The notes under the pieces: generated by a model
Databases searched by the model: none
What the model saw: only the letters and a program-made list of their open reading frames with translations
Told to the model about the DNA's origin: nothing
Translations under genes and position numbers: made by a program
Source: Eledone cirrhosa
Taxonomy: Eukaryota
Assembly: GCA_964016885.1 (NCBI GenBank)
Contig: OZ024758.1
Coordinates: forward strand, 39,742,001-39,806,000
DNA length: 64,000 nucleotides
Direction: 5' to 3'
Shown here: positions 1-11,900 of the stretch, piece by piece
How positions within the stretch are numbered: the stretch's first letter is position 1
Layout: every line of letters begins with the position of its first letter

Positions 1-872
<872 letters not shown>

Positions 873-902
873 AGATCAAAAGATGGTTAAAGGAGTTCCA
901 TG

Positions 903-973
903 TATTTTATTATGCGCATTTCAAAAACAAACATCATCATGCAATAATATTTGTGTTTTCATCAGATAAAACA
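903..973 (-). ncRNA. Mirror copy of the type I hammerhead ribozyme in the left palindrome arm
   Basis: Exact reverse complement of 1097-1167. Confidence 0.78.
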
Positions 974-1096
974 GGAGAACATGATATGAAGGCTAAAAAA
1001 CACTTGTGGATAGTGCAGTTTTAAATCAACATATCATATGTTGATTTAAAACTGCACTATCCACAAGTGTTTTTTAGTCTTCATATCATGTTCTCC

Positions 1097-1167
1097 TGTT
1101 TTATCTGATGAAAACACAAATATTATTGCATGATGATGTTTGTTTTTGAAATGCGCATAATAAAATA
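1097..1167 (+). ncRNA. Type I hammerhead ribozyme (Penelope-like pLTR type)
   Basis: Stem I TGTTTTAT/ATAAAATA; CTGATGA at 1105-1111; imperfect stem II 1112-1147; GAAA at 1148-1151; palindromic stem III TGCGCA; cleavage triplet AUA (1157-1159); overlapping AATAAA. Confidence 0.8.
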
Positions 1168-1293
1168 CATGGAACTCCTTTAACCATCTTTTGATCTTAT
1201 ATTATGTATACTCCAGTCCTACAAACTGTAGAGTGCTTCTTAACCGATATCTGCATTGCTTTATTGTACTACAATAAAACTCACCTCCTACAT

Positions 1294-1367
<74 letters not shown>

Positions 1368-1372
1368 TATAT
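1294..1372. repeat. (TA)n microsatellite
   Basis: Direct observation. Confidence 0.95.
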
Positions 1373-1551
1373 TTATTCAGGTATGAGGTTCACCACTGTA
1401 TAGAGCTGGTCTATTCCGTATGGTCAATCGTAATGCAATAATATAGAGAGTACTCAACGTGAAGCAGTTCAACTGTCTTTGTTTTACGGAGTTAAATATT
1501 ATAATGAAATGACAGGAGGCTGGATTTGTGTAAATCCTTGAAAGGTTTATT

Positions 1552-1609
1552 ATACTATGATCATTTCAATGACCGGGTTCCGTATGAATCCGGTGATATC
1601 ATCAGGTAT
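1552..1609 (-). ncRNA. Second, sequence-unrelated type I hammerhead ribozyme
   Basis: Minus strand reads ATAC-CTGATGA-(stem II with ACCGG...CCGGT)-GAAA-TGATCA (palindrome)-TA-GTAT, immediately followed by AATAAA (1546-1551). Confidence 0.8.
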
Positions 1610-1787
1610 TCGAAATATAATACGTGAATGTAATAGGTAAAATCCATGGGGCTGAAAATCGAGACCCGAGGGCGACCGCTATTCTGTTCCTTCAACCTCA
1701 GCCGGTCGCCCTGGAGTGACGTGGCTAAATTTTATAGTATGCTACTACCGGTCAGATAAATGAAAACAAAAAGGGATGGGAGCATAA

Positions 1788-2071
1788 GTACTTTCTACTT
1801 CCCTTATTCGGACTTTTACTCGCGTGTGCCCTTAGCACACGTCACTGGAATATCTCCCCCTGGGAACATAAATACCGCAACCTGAACTATATTGTATTTC
1901 TCCTGCGTCTTGAACTCTACATTTACTAGACAACGACTATTGTTTGTTTATCTATATCTTCACATCTTTGTTTGCTGTATTAATGTCTTTCCACGTACTC
2001 TACCTCTATACATCCATGTACTTTTTACTCCCCTTATTCGGACTTTTACTCGCGTGCACCCTTAGCACACG
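1788..2071. repeat. Pair of 54-bp direct repeats (1788-1841, 2018-2071) ending in a 7-bp hairpin
   Basis: GTACTTTYTACTYCCCTTATTCGGACTTTTACTCGCGTGYRCCCTTAGCACACG occurs twice, offset 230 bp, about 4 mismatches. Confidence 0.85.
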
Positions 2072-2087
2072 ACACAGGATTGCCTTA

Positions 2088-2830
2088 ATTTCTTATCTAT
2101 ACATGAGGGTCTTTGGAACGGGTATGTCTTGCTAATAAGTGTTTTGCTAATAAGTGTTTTTACGGAGGTACCTGGTACCTCCGTACCTCCGTAAAAACAC
2201 TTATTAGCAAGACATACCCGTTCCAAAGACCCTCATGTATAGATAAGAAATGTATAACCTGTAAAATAAGCCCCCATATTAACTGTAAAACTAGAAATGT
2301 AGTGTATAGCATAAGATGTACTGAAGGACAATGTAGAAACAAAAATATAGTGTACATAGGTGAGACAGCTCGTAGTATAGGGGAACGGATAAATGAACAC
2401 TGGCGAGACCTTCAAGATAATAAAGAATCATCTGTACTCTACCAACATGCTAAGATAGAACACAAGGGTAAATTAGAGAACATAGAAATAAAAATAGAAT
2501 CTACACACAGAAAAGATGCAATGTTTAGACAAATTACAGAGGCAACAAACATAAAAGAATTACAACCAAAATTAAATAGAAAATATGAGTGGAACAGCAT
2601 CATCACAACTTACAATTAAGGACAAAATGAAAACACACACACACATAGAACAAACAACCAACCAACAACATGTAAATAAATAAACAAATAGATAAATGAA
2701 CACAAACACACACAGACACCCGGATGTGGCGCATGCGCAAACTGAGCACACAACACACACACAGAAAGATCTTTATGACATCCATGTACAAAAAATTGAT
2801 GTTAGCGAAGCTTGCTTTCTCTGTTATAAT
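2088..2830 (+). mobile_element. 5'-truncated Penelope-like retroelement with inverted 5' end
   Basis: GIY-YIG endonuclease ORF preceded by an inverted copy of its own start (2088-2171 vs 2175-2251); the 3' boundary is approximate. Confidence 0.75.
2180..2619 (+). pseudogene. C-terminal GIY-YIG endonuclease of a Penelope-like element (RT missing)
   Basis: CxxC...NCKTRNVVYSIRC...C...YIGETARSIGERINEH...LYQH...H...RQITEATNIKELQPKLNRKYEW matches the PLE GIY-YIG pattern (VVY...YIGET.R...R..EH...E...LN). Confidence 0.88.
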
Positions 2831-2834
2831 ATAG

Positions 2835-2864
<30 letters not shown>

Positions 2865-2865
<1 letters not shown>

Positions 2866-4076
2866 CACACATGAGAATGGTGAGGATGTCTCTGAACATT
2901 AATCAGTATACACTGAGGATGAAAAACTCAGAGCTGTACGGGAGCATCCCAAAAGTCAGCTCAAAAGTGACACAAAAGAGACTGAGGTTAGCTGGACATG
3001 CTCACCGACATCCAGAGTTGACACTGCACTCAGTGCTCCTGTGGGAGCCCCAGCATGGACACACTGGAAGAGGGAGACTGAGGTTAGCTGGACATGCTCA
3101 CCGACATCTAGAGTTGACATTGCACTCAGTGTTCCTGTGGGAGCCCCTGCATGGACACACTGGAAGAGGGAGACTGAGGTTAGCTGGACATGCTCACCGA
3201 CATCCAGAGGTAACACTGCATTCAGTGCTCCTGTGGGAGCCCCTACATGGACACACTAGAAAAGGGAGACTGAGGTTAGCTGGACATGCTCACCGACATC
3301 CAGAGTTGACACTGCACTCAGTGCTCCTGTGGGAGCCCCTACATGGACACACTGGAAGAGGGAGACTGAGGTTAGCTGGACATGCTCACCGACATCTAGA
3401 GTTGACATTGCACTCAGTGTTCCTGTGGGAGCCCCTACATGGACACACTGGAAGAGGGAGACTGAGGTTAGCTGGACATGCTCACCGACATCCAGAGGTA
3501 ACACTGCATTCAGTGCTCCTGTGGGAGCCCCTACATGGACACACTAGAAAAGGGAGACTGAGGTTAGCTGGACATGCTCACCGACATCCAGAGTTGACAC
3601 TGCACTCAGTGCTACTGTGGGAGCCCCTGCATGGACACACTGGAAGAGGGAGACTGAGGTTAGCTGGACATGCTCACCGACATCCAGAGGTAACACTGCA
3701 TTCAGTGCTCCTGTGGGAGCCCCTACATGGACACACTGGAAGAGGAAGACTGAGGTTAACTGGACATGCTCACCGAGATCCAGAGTTTACATTGCATTCA
3801 GTGCTCCTTTGGGAGCCCCTACATAGACACACTGGAAGAGGGAGACTGAGGTTAGCTGGACATGCTCACCGGCATCCAGAGTTGACATTGCACTCAGTGT
3901 TCCTGTGGGAGCCCCTACATGGACACACAGGAAGAGGAAGACCAAGGTTAACGTATGTTGATGCCCTAAGGACAGACACTGGTCTGTTGGAGACGCAAGG
4001 CATGGCAGCGATAATGAGGGACAGAGACCGCTGGAGAGAACTCGTCCATGGATCTCGGGAATTTTACCCACCCTAG
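2865..4076 (+). mobile_element. 3' fragment of an RTE-group (RTEX-like) non-LTR retrotransposon ORF
   Basis: RMVRMSLNI...NSELYG.IPKVS...RLRLAGH..RHPE...LLWEP.HG...RGRPRLTYVDALRTDTGL...MRDRDRWRELV is the typical RTE-group C-terminal region (RL.(W/L)AGH..R / RGRP / DR..WR). Confidence 0.8.
2978..3940 (+). repeat. 10 x 96-bp in-frame tandem repeat (32 aa) inside the LINE fragment
   Basis: Unit RLRLAGHAHRHPELTLHSVLLWEPLHGHTGRG ten times; units 1-3 recur as units 4-6 (288-bp higher-order step). Confidence 0.95.
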
Positions 4077-4236
4077 ATATATATATACATATACGTGGTC
4101 TATATTTGGTTATCTTCAACTTTCCCACGTTAAATTATTTTTTATTTTTCTAAATAAGCTGAAAAGTAAATAAGAAACCTCAATTCTAATATTCCAAAGT
4201 ATCTATTATACATCATAATAATGTTGTATCTATAAT

Positions 4237-4422
4237 TGTTTCTACTTTAGGCACAAGGCCAGCAATTACCCAGTGCATTACTGGTACTTTATTTTATCGA
4301 CCCCGTAAAGATGAAAGGCAAAGTCAACCTCGGCGGGATTTGAACTCAGATCGTAAAGGGACGTAACTATGCTGGAAAGCATGGCGTCCGACCCTCTACC
4401 GATACTGCCAATCCACCGCCCT
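4237..4422 (-). mobile_element. tRNA-derived SINE with 16-bp target-site duplication
   Basis: Minus strand has A-box-like TGGCAGTATCGG, B-box GAGTTCAAATCC and central GCCTTTCATC...GGGGTCGATAAAATAAAGTACCAG (resembles the conserved central domain of invertebrate Meta-type SINEs); TSD ATGTTGTATCTATAAT at 4221-4236 and 4423-4438; second copy at 53606. Confidence 0.9.
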
Positions 4423-4581
4423 ATGTTGTATCTATAATATTACTGAAGATGTTTTCTTCAATAGCTTGGCACCAAAGGATTTCCACAACGCAAGTGCCAA
4501 AAAGTGCATCGTTTGTTCGTCTCACGGTTCAGAATTTCACTTTGTAAAGCCCCCAGCTGCCCTCCACAGGGTTTCTGTGGA

Positions 4582-5395
4582 TAAATGAGATCGTGTAGGT
4601 GTCACGACAAAAAAAAACACAGAGTCCACGCTGTAAATGTGGCTGTGTAGGCAACACGGTAAAAACCACCCAGCCCCACACTGTAAATGTGGTTGGTGTT
4701 AGGGAGGGCATCCAGCTGTAGAAAACCCGCCAGACAGTCCACGCTGTAATGTGGCCGTGTAGGCAACACGGTAAAAACCTCCCAGCCCCACACTGTAAAT
4801 GTGGTTCGTGTTAGGAAGGGCATCCAGCTGTAGAAAACCCGCCAGACAGTCCACGCTGTAATGTGGCCGTGTAGGCAACACGGTAAAAACCTCCCAGCCC
4901 CACACTGTAAATGTGGTTGGTGTTAGGAAGGGCATCCAGCTGTAGAAAACCCGCCAGACAGTCCACGCTGTAATGTGGCCGTGTAGGCAACACGGTAAAA
5001 ACCTCCCAGCCCCACACTGTAAATGTGGTTCGTGTTAGGAAGGGCATCCAGCTGTAGAAAACCTGCCAGACAGTCCACGCTGTAATGTGGCCGTGTAGGC
5101 AACACGGTAGAAACCTCCCAGCCCCACACTGTAAATGTGGTTGGTGTTAGGAAGGGCATCCAGCTGTAGAAAACCCGCCAGACAGTCCACGCTGTAATGT
5201 GGCCGTGTAGGTAACACGGTAAAAACCTCCCAGCCCCACACTGTAAATGTGGTTGGTGTTAGGAAGGGCATCCAGCCGTAGAAAACCCGCCAGACAGTCC
5301 TATGCGAGCAAGACAACCACTCTTGCCTCAAGTGGGAAAACCCCCGTCCAAACCCATGCAAGCGTGGAACACGGACGCTAAACCTGATGATGATG
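4582..5395 (+). mobile_element. RTE LINE 3'UTR fragment (or RTE-tailed SINE) with (GAT)n tail
   Basis: Homologous to the 3'UTRs of the RTE copies at about 53871-54111 and 59430-59688 (GGTTGGTGTTAGGAAGGGCATCCAGC...CCCATGCAAGCGTGGAACACGGACG-(TGA)n). Confidence 0.88.
4622..5300 (+). repeat. 6 x 112-bp tandem repeat inside the RTE 3'UTR
   Basis: Units start AGTCCACGCTGTAA at about 4623, 4736, 4848, 4960, 5072 and 5184; single-copy in the two other RTE 3'UTRs in this window. Confidence 0.95.
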
Positions 5396-5845
5396 TGGGG
5401 TGTTTGAGGTCGACAAAGTTGTAACTATGGTTTACCATGGTACGGGAGGCTATGACTGCTATCGGTTACAATACGAGTACCTGGTCCTACAGAGAAACCC
5501 TAAACTTCTACCATCATGTTTCCTATACATAAATTTAGATCCATCTCTCTCAACTGTCTGTCCCGGGCAACTCATCTCTACAGGATGATCGATCAAGTAT
5601 TGAGTTCAAATGTCACAAATGAAATTTTAATTATGAATATGAAAATGAAACTACTGAATCAATAAAATTTGGCACTACAACGCTGTCAGTCGAAAGCAGT
5701 CGTTTAAAGCAAAACATCATTTATTTCCGTATTACTACCACGCGAAAGTGGAGTTAAATAAATGAAATTTTTTTTTTTCACACGTTTTTTAATATTTTTT
5801 ATTAAAGCATATCGATGTAAGTGGAGTTACTTAAATGAAATTATC

Positions 5846-5864
5846 GGTGGCCCTTAAAAGGGCC
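5846..5864 (-). promoter_or_regulatory. Histone mRNA 3'-end-type stem-loop (orphan)
   Basis: Minus strand GGCCCT-TTTA-AGGGCC-ACC fits the 6-bp stem/4-nt loop SLBP-binding consensus GGYYYT-TYHH-ARRRCC-ACC; no histone ORF nearby, no 5' AAA flank and no clear purine-rich HDE. Confidence 0.55.
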
Positions 5865-5976
5865 AAATTAGAAAACAAATTTAAGTTAATTAGAAAACAA
5901 GTCATGGTTATCAAATAAATTGGATTTAATCATATTTTCATAGTCATGGTTATCAATGTAGAAAACAAGTCATTTC

Positions 5977-8900
5977 CACCAACAGTGGAGTTACTTCTGA
6001 CAGCTAGTAACATGAACTTAAATGAATTCTCACCAACATTGGAGTTACTTCTGACAGCTAATACCATGAACTTAAATGAATTCTCTCCAACATTGGAGTT
6101 ACTTCTGACAGCTAGTACCATGAACTTAAATGAATTCTCACCAACAGTGGAGTTACTTCTGACAGCTAATACCATGAACTTAAATGAATTCTCACCAACA
6201 GTGGAGTTAATTCTGACAGCTAGTACCATGAACTTAAATGAATTCTCACCAACAGTGGAGTTACTTCTGACAGCTAGTACCATGAACTTAAATGAATTCT
6301 CACCAACATTGGAGTTACTTCTGACAGCTAGTTCCATGAACTTAAATGAATTCTCACCAACAGTGGAGTTACTTCTGACAGCTAATACCATGAACTTAAA
6401 TGAATTCTCACCAACAGTGGAGTTCCTTCTGACAGCTAGTACCATGAACTTAAATGAATTCTCACCAACATTGGAGTTACTTCTGACAACTAATACCATG
6501 ACTTAAATGAATTCTCACCAACAGTGGAGTTACTTCTGACAACTAATACCATGAACTTAAATGAATTCTCACCAACAGTGGAGTTACTTCTGACAGCTAG
6601 TACCATGAACTTAAATGAATTCTCACCAACAGTGGAGTTACTTCTGACAGCTAATACCATGAACTTAAATGAATTCTCACCAACAGTGGAGTTACTTCTG
6701 ACAGCTAATACCATGAACTTAAATGAATTCTCACCAACATTGGAGTTACTTCTGACAGCTAGTACCATGAACTTAAATGAATTCTCACCAACAGTGGAGT
6801 TACTTCTGACAGCTAATACCATGAACTTAAATGAATTCTCACCAACAGTGGAGTTGCTTCTGACAGCTAATACCATGAACTTAAATGAATTCTCACCAAC
6901 AGTGGAGTTACTTCTGACAGCTAGTACCATGACTTAAATGAATTCTCACCAACATTGGAGTTACTTCTGACAGCTAATACCATGAACTTAAATGAATTCT
7001 CACCAACAGTGGAGTTCCTTCTGACAGCTAGTACCATGAACTTAAATGAATTCTCACCAACAGTGGAGTTACTTCTGACAGCTAGTACCATGAACTTAAA
7101 TGTATTCTCACCAACAGTGGAGTTACTTCTGACAGCTAATACCATGAACTTAAATGAATTCTCACCAACAGTAGAGTTCCTTCTGACAGCTAATACCATG
7201 AACTTAAATGAATTCTCACCAACAGTGGAGTTACTTCTGACAGCTAGTACCATGACTTAAATGAATTCTCACCAACAATGGAGTTACTTCTGACAGCTAA
7301 TACCATGACTTAAATGAATTCTCACCAACAGTGGAGTTACTTCTGACAGCTAATACCATGAACTTAAATGAATTCTCACCAACAGTGGAGTTACTTCTGA
7401 CAGCTAGTACCATGAACTTAAATGAATTCTCACCAACATTGGAGTTACTTCTGACAGCTAGTACCATGAACTTAAATGAATTCTCACCAACAGTGGAGTT
7501 CCTTCTGACAGCTAATACCATGAACTTAACTGAATTCTCACCAACATTGGAGTTAATTCTGACAGCTAGTACCATGACTCAAATGAATTCTCACCAACAT
7601 TGGAGTTACTTCTGACAGCTAATACCATGACTTAAATGAATTCTCACCAACAGTGGAGTTACTTCTGACAGCTAGTAACATGAACTTAAATGAATTCTCA
7701 CCAACATTGGAGTTACTTCTGACAGCTAATACCATGAACTTAAATGAATTCTCTCCAACATTGGAGTTACTTCTGACAGCTAGTACCATGAACTTAAATG
7801 AATTCTCACCAACAGTGGAGTTACTTCTGACAGCTAATACCATGAACTTAAATGAATTCTCACCAACAGTGGAGTTAATTCTGACAGCTAGTACCATGAA
7901 CTTAAATGAATTCTCACCAACAGTGGAGTTACTTCTGACAGCTAGTACCATGAACTTAAATGAATTCTCACCAACATTGGAGTTACTTCTGACAGCTAGT
8001 ACCATGAACTTAAATGAATTCTCACCAACAGTGGAGTTACTTCTGACAGCTAATACCATGAACTTAAATGAATTCTCACCAACAGTGGAGTTCCTTCTGA
8101 CAGCTAGTACCATGAACTTAAATGAATTCTCACCAACAGTGGAGTTACTTCTGACAGCTAGTACCATGAACTTAAATGAATTCTCACCAACAGTGGAGTT
8201 ACTTCTGACAACTAATACCATGAACTTAAATGAATTCTCACCAACAGTGGAGTTCCTTCTGACAGCTAGTACCATGAACTTAAATGAATTCTCACCAACA
8301 GTGGAGTTACTTCTGACAGCTAGTACCATGAACTTAAATGAATTCTCACCAACATTGGAGTTACTTCTGACAGCTAATACCATGACTTAAATGAATTCTC
8401 ACCAACAGTGGAGTTACTTCTGACAGCTAATACCATGAACTTAAATGAATTCTCACCAACAGTGGAGTTACTTCTGACAGCTAGAAACATGAACTTAAAT
8501 GAATTCTCACCAACATTGGAGTTACTTCTGACAACTAATACCATGACTTAAATGAATTCTCACCAACAGTGGAGTTACTTCTGACAACTAATACCATGAA
8601 CTTAAATGAATTCTCACCAACAGTGGAGTTACTTCTGACAGCTAGTACCATGAACTTAAATGAATTCTCACCAACAGTGGAGTTACTTCTGACAGCTAAT
8701 ACCATGAACTTAAATGAATTCTCACCAACAGTGGAGTTACTTCTGACAGCTAATACCATGAACTTAAATGAATTCTCACCAACATTGGAGTTACTTCTGA
8801 CAGCTAGTACCATGAACTTAAATGAATTCTCACCAACAGTGGAGTTACTTCTGACAGCTAATACCATGAACTTAAATGAATTCTCACCAACAGTGGAGTT

Positions 8901-11900
8901 GCTTCTGACAGCTAATACCATGAACTTAAATGAATTCTCACCAACAGTGGAGTTACTTCTGACAGCTAGTACCATGACTTAAATGAATTCTCACCAACAT
9001 TGGAGTTACTTCTGACAGCTAATACCATGAACTTAAATGAATTCTCACCAACAGTGGAGTTCCTTCTGACAGCTAGTACCATGAACTTAAATGAATTCTC
9101 ACCAACAGTGGAGTTACTTCTGACAGCTAGTACCATGAACTTAAATGTATTCTCACCAACAGTGGAGTTACTTCTGACAGCTAATACCATGAACTTAAAT
9201 GAATTCTCACCAACAGTAGAGTTCCTTCTGACAGCTAATACCATGAACTTAAATGAATTCTCACCAACAGTGGAGTTACTTCTGACAGCTAGTACCATGA
9301 CTTAAATGAATTCTCACCAACAATGGAGTTACTTCTGACAGCTAATACCATGACTTAAATGAATTCTCACCAACAGTGGAGTTACTTCTGACAGCTAATA
9401 CCATGAACTTAAATGAATTCTCACCAACAGTGGAGTTACTTCTGACAGCTAGTACCATGAACTTAAATGAATTCTCACCAACATTGGAGTTACTTCTGAC
9501 AGCTAGTACCATGAACTTAAATGAATTCTTACCAACAGTGGAGTTACTTCTGACAGCTAATACCATGAACTTAAATGAATTCTCACCAACAGTGGAGTTC
9601 CTTCTGACAGCTAATACCATGAACTTAACTGAATTCTCACCAACATTGGAGTTAATTCTGACAGCTAGTACCATGACTCAAATGAATTCTCAGCAACATT
9701 GGAGTTACTTCTGACAGCTAATACCATGACTTAAATGAATTCTCACCAACAGTGGAGTTACTTCTGACAGCTAATACAATGAACTTAAATGAATTCTCAC
9801 CAACAGTGGAGTTGCTTCTGACAGCTAGTACCATGACTTAAATGAATTCTCACCAACAGTGGAGTTACTTCTGACAACTAATACCATGAACTTAAATGAA
9901 TTCTCACCAACATTGGAGTTACTTCTGACAGCTAATACCATGACTTAAATGAATTCTCACCAACAGTGGAGTTACTTCTGACAGCTAGTACCATGAACTT
10001 AAATGAATTCTCACCAACAGTGGAGTTACTTCTGACAACTAATACCATGAACTTAAATGAATTCTCACCAACATTGGAGTTACTTCTGACAGCTAATACC
10101 ATGACTTAAATGAATTCTCACCAACAGTGGAGTTACTTCTGACAGCTAATACCATGAACTTAAATGAATTCTCACCAACAGTGGAGTTCCTTCTGACAGC
10201 TAGTACCATGAACTTAAATGAATTCTCACCAACATTGGAGTTACTTCTGAGAGCTAGTACCATGACTTAAATGAATTCTCACCAACATTGGAGTTACTTC
10301 TGACAGCTAATAACATGACTTAAATGAATTCTCACCAACAGTGGAGTTACTTCTGACAGCTAATACCATGAACTTAAATGAATTCTCACCAACAGTGGAG
10401 TTACTTCTAAAAGCTAGTACCATGAACTTAAATGAATTCTCACCAACATTGGAGTTACTTCTGACAACTAATACCATGACTTAAATGAATTCTCACCAAC
10501 AGTGGAGTTACTTCTGACAGCTAATACCATGAACTTAAATGAATTCTCACCAACAGTGGAGTTACTTCTGACAGCTAGTACCATGAACTTAAATGAATTC
10601 TCACCAACATTGGAGTTACTTCTGACAACTAATACCATGACTTAAATGAATTCTCACCAACAGTGGAGTTACTTCTGACAAACTAATACCATGAACTTAA
10701 ATGAATTCTCACCAACAGTGGAGTTACTTCTGACAGCTAGTACCATGAACTTAAATGAATTCTCACCAACATTGGAGTTACTTCTGACAACTAATACCAT
10801 GATTTAAATGAATTCTCACCAACAGTGGAGTTACTTCTGACAACTAACACCATGAACTTAACTGAATTCTCACCAACAGTGGAGTTACTTCTGACAGCTA
10901 GTACCATGAACTTAAATGAATTCTCACCAACAGTGGAGTTACTTCTGACAGCTAGTACCATGAACTTAAATGAATTCTTACCAACAGTGGAGTTACTTCT
11001 GACAGCTAATACCATGAACTTAAATGAATTCTCACCAACAGTGGACTTCCTTCTGACAGCTAATACCATGAACTTAACTGAATTCTCACCAACATTGGAG
11101 TTAATTCTGACAGCTAGTAACATGACTCAAATGAATTCTCACCAACATTGGAGTTACTTCTGACAGCTAATACCATGACTTAAATGAATTCTCACCAACA
11201 GTGGAGTTACTTCTGACAGCTAATACCATGAACTTAAATGAATTCTCACCAACAGTGGAGTTACTTCTGACAGCTAGTACCATGAACTTAAATGAATTCT
11301 CACCAACATTGGAGTTACTTCTGACAACTAATACCATGACTTAAATGAATTCTCACCAACAGTGGAGTTACTTCTGACAAACTAATACCATGAACTTAAA
11401 TGAATTCTCACCAACAGTGGAGTTACTTCTGACAGCTAATACCATGAACTTAAATGAATTCTCACCAACATTGGAGTTACTTCTGACAGCTAGTACCATT
11501 ACTTAAATGAATTCTCACCAACATTGGAGTTACTTCTGACAACTAATACCATGACTTAAATGAATTCTCACCAACAGTGGAGTTACTTCTGACAAACTAA
11601 TACCATGAACTTAAATGAATTCTCACCAACAGTGGAGTTACTTCTGACAGCTAATACCATGAACTTAAATGAATTCTCACCAACAGTAGAGTTCCTTCTG
11701 ACAGCTAATACCATGAACTTAAATGAATTCTCACCAACAGTGGAGTTACTTCTGACAGCTAGTACCATGACTTAAATGAATTCTCACCAACAGTGGAGTT
11801 ACTTCTGACAGCTAATACCATGAACTTAAATGAATTCTCACCAACAGTGGAGTTACTTCTGACAGCTAGTACCATGAACTTAAATGAATTCTCACCAACA

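Noticed and set aside
1260-1278. Small palindrome TTTATTGTA-C-TACAATAAA (AATAAA on both strands)
   Set aside because: 9-bp AT-rich arms are too weak to distinguish from chance.
1788-1841. Pistol ribozyme (minus CGTGTG-CTAAGGG-CACACG resembles P1)
   Set aside because: The downstream sequence repeats TAAGGG instead of supplying its complement, so the pseudoknot cannot form.
4237-4422. tRNA gene
   Set aside because: A/B boxes are present but there is no cloverleaf; the TSD and second copy indicate a SINE.
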